Part shown: in pieces, positions 24,706 through 29,803 of the stretch
Position numbering within the stretch: position 1 is the stretch's first letter
Layout: every line of letters starts with the position of its first letter
From: a virus
Lineage: Duplodnaviria > Heunggongvirae > Uroviricota > Caudoviricetes
Length of the DNA stretch: 29,803 nt
Reading direction: 5' to 3' (one strand)
Virus record (IMG/VR): IMGVR_UViG_2571042390_000006
Span: 1 to 29,803 of that record
Position numbers and translations under genes: made by a program
Notes under the pieces: model-generated
Database searches by the model: none
What the model saw: only the letters and a program-made list of their open reading frames with translations
Told to the model about the DNA's origin: nothing

Positions 24706-25889
24706 CAGGCACCTCCCAGCACCGCAAATGCGGGACCAAAGAATTCATCAGTAAACGACTGGTAAAGCTCCATGTCTTCCAGCGGAGGAACGGGCGTATA
24801 TTTGTAGCGAATACGCACACGCCCCTGACGTAAATTCGTGGTGCTGTTATCCACCACGTCATACCAGCACGACGCCCCAATCAGTTTCCCGGCAGTCACC
24901 AGTGAATCCAGTTTTGCCCTGATGGCACTGATAACATCCTTCACGTTCGCAGGCGTCAGTGGACTATCGATGGTTTCAAACTGCGCTTCCGCAATTGAAT
25001 CAGCCAGCACCTGTGCGGTTCGGGTATACACCTCAAAGATGTAGGCGTTCGTTTCCGGTGTGCGGTTGCCCCAGAAGCGGAACCCGTTGCGACGAATAAT
25101 GGTCGTGATTTCTTTGTTGTTGAGGCTGTTGGCATCACTGTCTTCGGCCTGCAACGACCAGAACACATGCCTGGACATCCCCAGCACATTTTTAACCGGA
25201 ACGTTGGACAGCGATTTGTGCCAACCCTGCTCATGGTCAATGTACGCACGAAGGCCGCACGCATAGGCAGGCGCGGGGAACGTTTCGTTTTTGCCACTTT
25301 TCGGGTTGTAGGCGATGAAGTCCGGCCATAAGAGCATCACCTCACGTTCGTTGAATTTCTGGCGGTAGGTAATCGCCTCAGCCATCGTGTTACAGCCGTG
25401 ACATGAGGCATACACAAACGCGCGCAGTTTACCCGCAATCACGCACAGGGATTTTGTTACCGCCTCCGTGTCCAGCTCCGGCGCGGCCAGAATACGCGGA
25501 CGGTATCCGATGCTTTCATCCTGCTCTGCAACAAGCAGCGCATACATCCCCGTATAGCTGCCGTCAGATTCAGAACCACCGATAACCAGTTGATCCTGCG
25601 TTTTTCCGTCTTCTTCTTTGTGTTCAGCCACGCGAACGACGATCACCTTTGTACTCACCTGGTCTGCGATGGCCTTAAGCGCACGATAAAGCGTCCCCGT
25701 TGTCCCGCATTTTCCCAGCACGTCATTGACGCGGGTCAGCAGTGTGGGCTTGTTCAGCGGGAACAGCTTCGCGTCCGCATCATCCGCCGTTGCCACGATA
25801 CCGATAACGCTGGAATCAACATCGTTAATCGCTGTTACCAGGTCGGTATTTTCCGTAACACGGGCACCATGAAAACGAGTTTCACTCAT
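24705..25889 (-). CDS. FI: Tail sheath protein (gpFI family)
   Basis: 394 aa. Motifs LRAFVYASCHGC, DHEQGWHKSLSNV, RRNGFRFWGNRT and YTPVPPLE match P2 FI as I recall it. Confidence 0.9.
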   Translation of the reverse strand: MSETRFHGARVTENTDLVTAINDVDSSVIGIVATADDADAKLFPLNKPTLLTRVNDVLGKCGTTGTLYRALKAIADQVSTKVIVVRVAEHKEEDGKTQDQLVIGGSESDGSYTGMYALLVAEQDESIGYRPRILAAPELDTEAVTKSLCVIAGKLRAFVYASCHGCNTMAEAITYRQKFNEREVMLLWPDFIAYNPKSGKNETFPAPAYACGLRAYIDHEQGWHKSLSNVPVKNVLGMSRHVFWSLQAEDSDANSLNNKEITTIIRRNGFRFWGNRTPETNAYIFEVYTRTAQVLADSIAEAQFETIDSPLTPANVKDVISAIRAKLDSLVTAGKLIGASCWYDVVDNSTTNLRQGRVRIRYKYTPVPPLEDMELYQSFTDEFFGPAFAVLGGA

Positions 25890-26046
25890 AGCTTCAGCCC
25901 CTTGTATCCGTTAAATGATTCGGCAACAATCATCACCCACCACGCGCGTAATCTCACCCCTGCGCCGTTCTCTCGCCACGGCGACAACAAAAAGCAGTAA
26001 CCCCCTCCGCACGCACATGCGACCATGCCGCACAGGGAGGGAGCAG

Positions 26047-27156
26047 ATGACCGACACCACCATGCAATTGCTCAGTCAGGGCACAGACCCCGTAAAAATG
26101 CCGGATTTTGATATTCTCGCGGAGGGTAAAACGCTGTCAGGCGTGGCAGAGCGCCTGATGAGCCTGTCACTGACCGACAACCGGGGATTTGAGGCGGACC
26201 AGCTCACCATCACGCTGGATGATGCGGATGGTCAGTTGCAGCTACCGCCACGGGGCGCGCGCCTGACGGTTCTCATTGGCTGGAAGGGAGAACCGCTGAC
26301 AGAAAAAGGCACTTACATTGTTGATGAAATCGCTCACGAAGGACCGCCGGACAGGCTGACTGTTTCAGCCAGAAGCGCAGATTTTCGGGATGAATTTAAC
26401 GTTAAACGTGAGGTGTCCTGGCATGATGTGACCGTTGAGCGTGTGGTATCCGCCATCGCTCATCGGTATGGTCTGAAACCGCAAATCAGCGAAATGCTGA
26501 TGGATATCGAAATCGACCACGCCGACCAGACCGAAGAAAGCGACATGTCCTTCCTTACGCGCATGGCGGAAATGCTGGGCGCAATCACTACGGTAAAAAG
26601 CGGTAATCTGTTATTCATCATGCCAGGCGGTGGCGTGAACGCACAGGGCCAGCCGTTGCCCTCGTTCGCCATCACGCGCAGCAGTGGCGATCGCCATCAG
26701 TTCCGCATTGCTGACCGCGAAGCGTATACGGGGGTACGCGCTTACTGGCTTGATCTTAATTACGGGAAAAAGAAAAAAGTCAGCGTGAAACGCCGCAAAC
26801 CGCCAAAACCCAAAAAGGAGAAAAGCAGCAGCCGTGAAGGTGATTATATGGAAGGCGCGGAAGGCAATGTGTTTGTGTTACGCAAGACCTATCAGAACGA
26901 ACAGGCAGCAAGACGCGCAGCGGCGGCAAAGTGGCAGCAGCTACAACGCGGAGCCGCATCATTCTCCATCACGCTGGCGCGTGGACGTGCAGAACTCTAC
27001 CCCGAAATGCATGGTACGGTAACAGGATTTAAAAGCGAGATTGATAATCAGGACTGGATCATTGCAAAAGCCGAGCACACTATTGATAACAGCGGCTTTA
27101 CCACGCAGCTTGAGCTTGAGGCAAAAATCCCGGAATGGATAGCGGAAACAGAGTGA
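26047..27156 (+). CDS. D: Tail protein / late control gene D protein (gpD family)
   Basis: Internal ATG with a GGGAGGG RBS; about 369 aa, similar in length to P2 D. Divergent from FI. Confidence 0.82.
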   Translation: MTDTTMQLLSQGTDPVKMPDFDILAEGKTLSGVAERLMSLSLTDNRGFEADQLTITLDDADGQLQLPPRGARLTVLIGWKGEPLTEKGTYIVDEIAHEGPPDRLTVSARSADFRDEFNVKREVSWHDVTVERVVSAIAHRYGLKPQISEMLMDIEIDHADQTEESDMSFLTRMAEMLGAITTVKSGNLLFIMPGGGVNAQGQPLPSFAITRSSGDRHQFRIADREAYTGVRAYWLDLNYGKKKKVSVKRRKPPKPKKEKSSSREGDYMEGAEGNVFVLRKTYQNEQAARRAAAAKWQQLQRGAASFSITLARGRAELYPEMHGTVTGFKSEIDNQDWIIAKAEHTIDNSGFTTQLELEAKIPEWIAETE

Positions 27157-27198
27157 GCAACTTAGAATAGCGGCAGCACCACGTTAAGGGAGGTCGCT

Positions 27199-27459
27199 AT
27201 GTTCCGTTGTCCGCTTTGTGGCGCATCTGCCCGTATCCGCACCAGTCGTCCGGAAAATGATTCAAACACCGTGCGGCAAAAGTATTACCAGTGTAACAAC
27301 CTGGAATGCGGCGTATGCTTCTCAACACTGGAAGCTTTCCATAAATTCACATCGAAACACGCCTCCGGCGTTCACTCTTCAGAAGGTATCCCGTGGCATG
27401 AACTGCCAGCTTCACACAGGGGAAACAATCAGATGAGCTTGCCTTTACCTCAGAATTAA
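27199..27459 (+). CDS. ogr: Ogr/Delta-family zinc-finger late transcription activator
   Basis: MFRCPLCGASARIRTS...YYQCNNLECGVCF: CxxC...CxxxxC zinc-finger arrangement and N-terminus as in P2 Ogr. 86 aa, longer than P2 Ogr. Confidence 0.8.
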   Translation: MFRCPLCGASARIRTSRPENDSNTVRQKYYQCNNLECGVCFSTLEAFHKFTSKHASGVHSSEGIPWHELPASHRGNNQMSLPLPQN

Positions 27460-27648
27460 CAGGCAGAATTGCCGGAGTAACAAAAAAGCGATAGATTACG
27501 TGCGGGTGCCTTTCGGCTGATGGTCGGAGGGAATACCCGAAGGCCGGATGTGGAAAGGCCCCGGAAAACATTTCTGTTTAACCGAGGCCCTAACCCGTCA
27601 ACCTAGCAAGTGATAGGTTAGCGCCTCTCCAACAAAGGAGCAAGCGCT

Positions 27649-27789
27649 ATGTCGCAAAAATCGCTTACGGCCATCACGTTCTGCGTGACGGTAATCCTCA
27701 TCATCTGGATGCTGCACGGTTCGCTGTGTGAAATACGGATGAGCTTCTGGGGAGCGGAGTTTGCGGCGTTCTTACAGTGTAAGCAGTAA
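27649..27789 (+). CDS. Hok/Gef-family type I toxin (46 aa)
   Basis: AAGGAG RBS. Product MSQKSLTAITFCVTVILIIWMLHGSLCEIRMSFWGAEFAAFLQCKQ has an N-terminal TM helix, the SLCEIR signature and an AAFL.CK tail as in HokA/Hok. Below the ORF-track size cut-off. Confidence 0.7.
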   Translation: MSQKSLTAITFCVTVILIIWMLHGSLCEIRMSFWGAEFAAFLQCKQ

Positions 27790-27877
27790 GGAAACCGCGA
27801 CGGGGAGGCAACTCCCCGTCAATCGGTTGCCGGGGTAAGGCCGATAAGGCACCCTATCTCATAGGCATGAATAACAA

Positions 27878-27910
27878 CCCCGCAGCGTAAAAACTGCGGG
27901 GTTTCTTTTT
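27878..27910 (+). terminator. Rho-independent terminator (end of the hok-like transcript)
   Basis: CCCCGCAG-CGTAAAAA-CTGCGGGG followed by TTTCTTTTT. Confidence 0.7.
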
Positions 27911-27978
27911 GGAACTCTCACTAGCTAGTGAGCCGTTAACTGCACATAATGCTCGCACAACAAATCAGTTAAAAGAGA

Positions 27979-28260
27979 TTACTCAGCATTCTCCTGCTTC
28001 CATTGCCGGATCATTTCATCGGTAACATCACTTTCATAACATACCACGTCATACCCTCCAGTACGGCTATATGCACTGCGTCCACCACATCTACTACCAT
28101 TCCTTGCATGATTATACGGACACGCACAATTGCCTGGATAAGATTCAATGGATTCTTTAATTATTTCTTTCTTGATCTGAGCATCTGACTTTCCTGTTGC
28201 TGCATACCCACTAAAAGATACCAAACAAAGGCAGATTGCCATTAATAAACCACATCGCAT
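27979..28260 (-). CDS. Small secreted Cys-containing protein of unknown function
   Basis: The internal start gives MRCGLLMAICLCLVSFSGYAA, a signal-peptide-like N-terminus. The mature part has four Cys (NCACPY...RCGG...VCY). AT-rich. The track ORF extends to 28374 with a TTG start. Confidence 0.45.
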   Translation of the reverse strand: MRCGLLMAICLCLVSFSGYAATGKSDAQIKKEIIKESIESYPGNCACPYNHARNGSRCGGRSAYSRTGGYDVVCYESDVTDEMIRQWKQENAE

Positions 28261-28493
28261 ACCGATACACTCTATTACTAACCAATCATAGCCCACATCA
28301 TAAAATCGAGATGAGGAGTACAACACCTTTAACAAGAAGGTGCCATCACGATAATATGCCGTGCAATTCATCAAAAAAAAGATCTATATCAAAGAGATAG
28401 AGTTATTATCAGTGCTGCAGACATCAGCATTCGAGGCAGCAGAAAGACAGTAAATCTAACGAATTTGTCTTTTTCTCAGGATGTTGTCAGATT

Positions 28494-28600
28494 AAAAAAG
28501 ATAGAGTAGCGCAGACACCTTTTGGTGGATGGTAGGAGGAAAAATGAAGTTGAGTGGGAAGATCCCAGAAAAAACTTTGGTTTAACCAAGGCCCTAGTTC
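28494..28600 (+). other. Second copy of the hok-leader-like sequence without an intact toxin ORF
   Basis: About 110 nt aligning at roughly 65-70 percent with the region upstream of the hok-like ORF (shared GATAGA, GATGGT.GGAGG and GTTTAACC.AGGCCCTA blocks). No Hok-like peptide downstream. Confidence 0.3.
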
Positions 28601-28733
28601 AATATGCGAAATGCAGATGAGTTGCAGGAGAGTTTTGCTTCACCCTTAGAGTTTAAACAGACGTGTACTATCATTATTTCTGCATATCGCCACACCATCG
28701 CCACTTTACCGCCATTTAACAAAATACAAATAC

Positions 28734-28758
28734 AAAAAAACCACCCGAAGGTGGTTTC
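28734..28758 (-). terminator. Rho-independent terminator of the tRNA operon
   Basis: ACCACC-CGAA-GGTGGT hairpin preceded on the plus strand by seven A (a U-run on the minus strand), about 45 nt beyond the 3' end of leuZ. Confidence 0.7.
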
Positions 28759-28800
28759 ACGACACTGCTTATTGCTTTGATTTTATTCTTATCTTTCCCA

Positions 28801-28887
28801 TGGTACCCGGAGCGGGACTTGAACCCGCACAGCGCGAACGCCGAGGGATTTTAAATCCCTTGTGTCTACCGATTCCACCATCCGGGC
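28801..28887 (-). tRNA. leuZ: tRNA-Leu (anticodon UAA)
   Basis: Reverse complement reads GCCCGGATGGTGGAATCGGTAGACACAAGGGATTTAAAATCCCTCGGCG...GGGTACCA: cloverleaf, long variable arm, anticodon loop UUUAAAA, 3' CCA. Confidence 0.95.
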
Positions 28888-28899
28888 TCGGGAAGAAAG

Positions 28900-28973
28900 T
28901 GGAGGCGCGTTCCGGAGTCGAACCGGACTAGACGGATTTGCAATCCGCTACATAACCGCTTTGTTAACGCGCC
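28900..28973 (-). tRNA. cysT: tRNA-Cys (anticodon GCA)
   Basis: Reverse complement reads GGCGCGTTAACAAAGCGGTTATGTAGCGGATTGCAAATCCGTCTAGTCCGGTTCGACTCCGGAACGCGCCTCCA. Confidence 0.95.
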
Positions 28974-29027
28974 AAATTCTTCAGGCCTTTCAGCCAGACA
29001 TCCGCTTGAGGCCGATGTCTTTTAAAC

Positions 29028-29103
<76 letters not shown>

Positions 29104-29254
29104 ATTCATCAAGCAATCAGTTAATCACTTGATTTTATTATCGTCTGGCAATCAGTGCCGCCGTTCGATGCGTTGCATTCTACTTACCTGGCGCGATGAG
29201 TCAACGATATTTTTCACCACTTTTGATCGTTTGCTGAAAATTACGCCGAAACGA

Positions 29255-29803
29255 TCACTGATCAAGCAAATCTGCACGCGCAGCGCTCAAATATTGCAAC
29301 ATTGACCACAGAGTCAGTACCGCAGCCACAAAGAAAAGTGCAATACCGGCGTACTCAACCCAAATGTTCGGACGCCACAGCAGCCAGGCCAACGCCACCA
29401 TCTGGGCAGTGGTTTTCACTTTCCCAATCCAGGAGACAGCCACGCTACTGCGTTTACCCAACTCCGCCATCCATTCGCGTAGCGCAGAAATAATAATTTC
29501 ACGGGCGATCATCGTTGCCGCCGGTAGGGTCACCCACCAGCTGTGATAATGCTCGGTTACCAGCACCATGGCGATAGCCACGAGAACTTTATCTGCTACA
29601 GGGTCAAGGAAAGCACCAAACCGGGTACTCTGGTTCCAGCGGCGTGCCAGAAAACCATCGAACCAGTCAGTCACCGCCGCGACGCAGAAAATGAGCGCGG
29701 CGGCAAACGGCGACCAGGTGACAGGCAGATAAAAGACCAATACAAAGAATGGGATAAGGATGACACGGAACAGTGTAAGCAACGTAGGGATATTAAATTG
29801 CAT
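29255..29803 (-). CDS. pgsA: CDP-diacylglycerol--glycerol-3-phosphate 3-phosphatidyltransferase
   Basis: 182-aa polytopic membrane protein with the CDP-alcohol phosphotransferase motif (DWFDG...FLDPVADK). Conserved synteny pgsA-glyW-cysT-leuZ. Confidence 0.93.

Larger units (their letters stand above)
1..27459. mobile_element. P2-like temperate phage/prophage segment (int through ogr), apparently deleted and rearranged; right boundary uncertain
   Basis: Gene content and order follow the P2 prophage map (int, repressor, cox-like, A, Q, P, N fragment, M, H, G, FI/FII/E/T/U, D, ogr). Host tRNA genes and pgsA follow on the right. The left end is cut by the window edge. Confidence 0.85.

Noticed and set aside
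25890-26046. Ogr-responsive late promoter (dyad element) upstream of FI and D
   Set aside because: I looked for the TGT-N12-ACA-type dyad recalled for P2 late promoters and found no clean match by eye. Not annotated.
28601-28740. 58-aa ORF downstream of the second leader copy as a possible second toxin
   Set aside because: No RBS, no hydrophobic helix and no Hok signature; it runs into the tRNA operon terminator.
27460-28800. Attachment-site core / exact right prophage boundary
   Set aside because: The left junction is outside the window, so flanking direct repeats cannot be compared. The only local repeat is the duplicated hok-leader-like segment, which looks like paralogous RNA leaders and not an att core. 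Boundary left unassigned.

Overview
The window is almost entirely a P2-like (Peduovirus-type) temperate phage genome lying beside the leuZ-cysT-glyW tRNA operon and pgsA of an E. coli-like chromosome; the left attachment site is outside the window. Recognisable backbone, in P2 prophage order: int, an XRE repressor, a Cox-like switch protein, small early genes, replication endonuclease A, portal Q, terminase P, a capsid gene fragment, terminase small subunit M, tail fiber H with its assembly chaperone, the sheath/tube/E-E'/tape-measure/U module, D and Ogr. Three structural departures from the canonical P2 map (recalled from memory) are visible: the scaffold gene and 5' part of the capsid gene are absent at the start of P; the lysis, tail-completion and baseplate block is absent between the L-like ORF and H; and the FI-FII-E-T-U block is inverted relative to H/G and D/ogr. 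As it stands the element looks assembly- and lysis-defective. The most interesting content is accessory cargo. At the A/Q hotspot there is a plasmid-R1-like parM/parR pair with palindromic repeats, followed by a two-gene operon whose first product is a stand-alone copy of the ClpX zinc-binding domain. Between repressor and int are two lysogen-strand genes, the first sharing a peptide motif with the repressor C-terminus. An AT-rich CysE/WcaB-type acetyltransferase sits at the G/FI hotspot, and a Hok-family toxin locus with a second, ORF-less copy of its leader sits at the right junction. All homology statements are from reading the translations against remembered family sequences; no database search was run.
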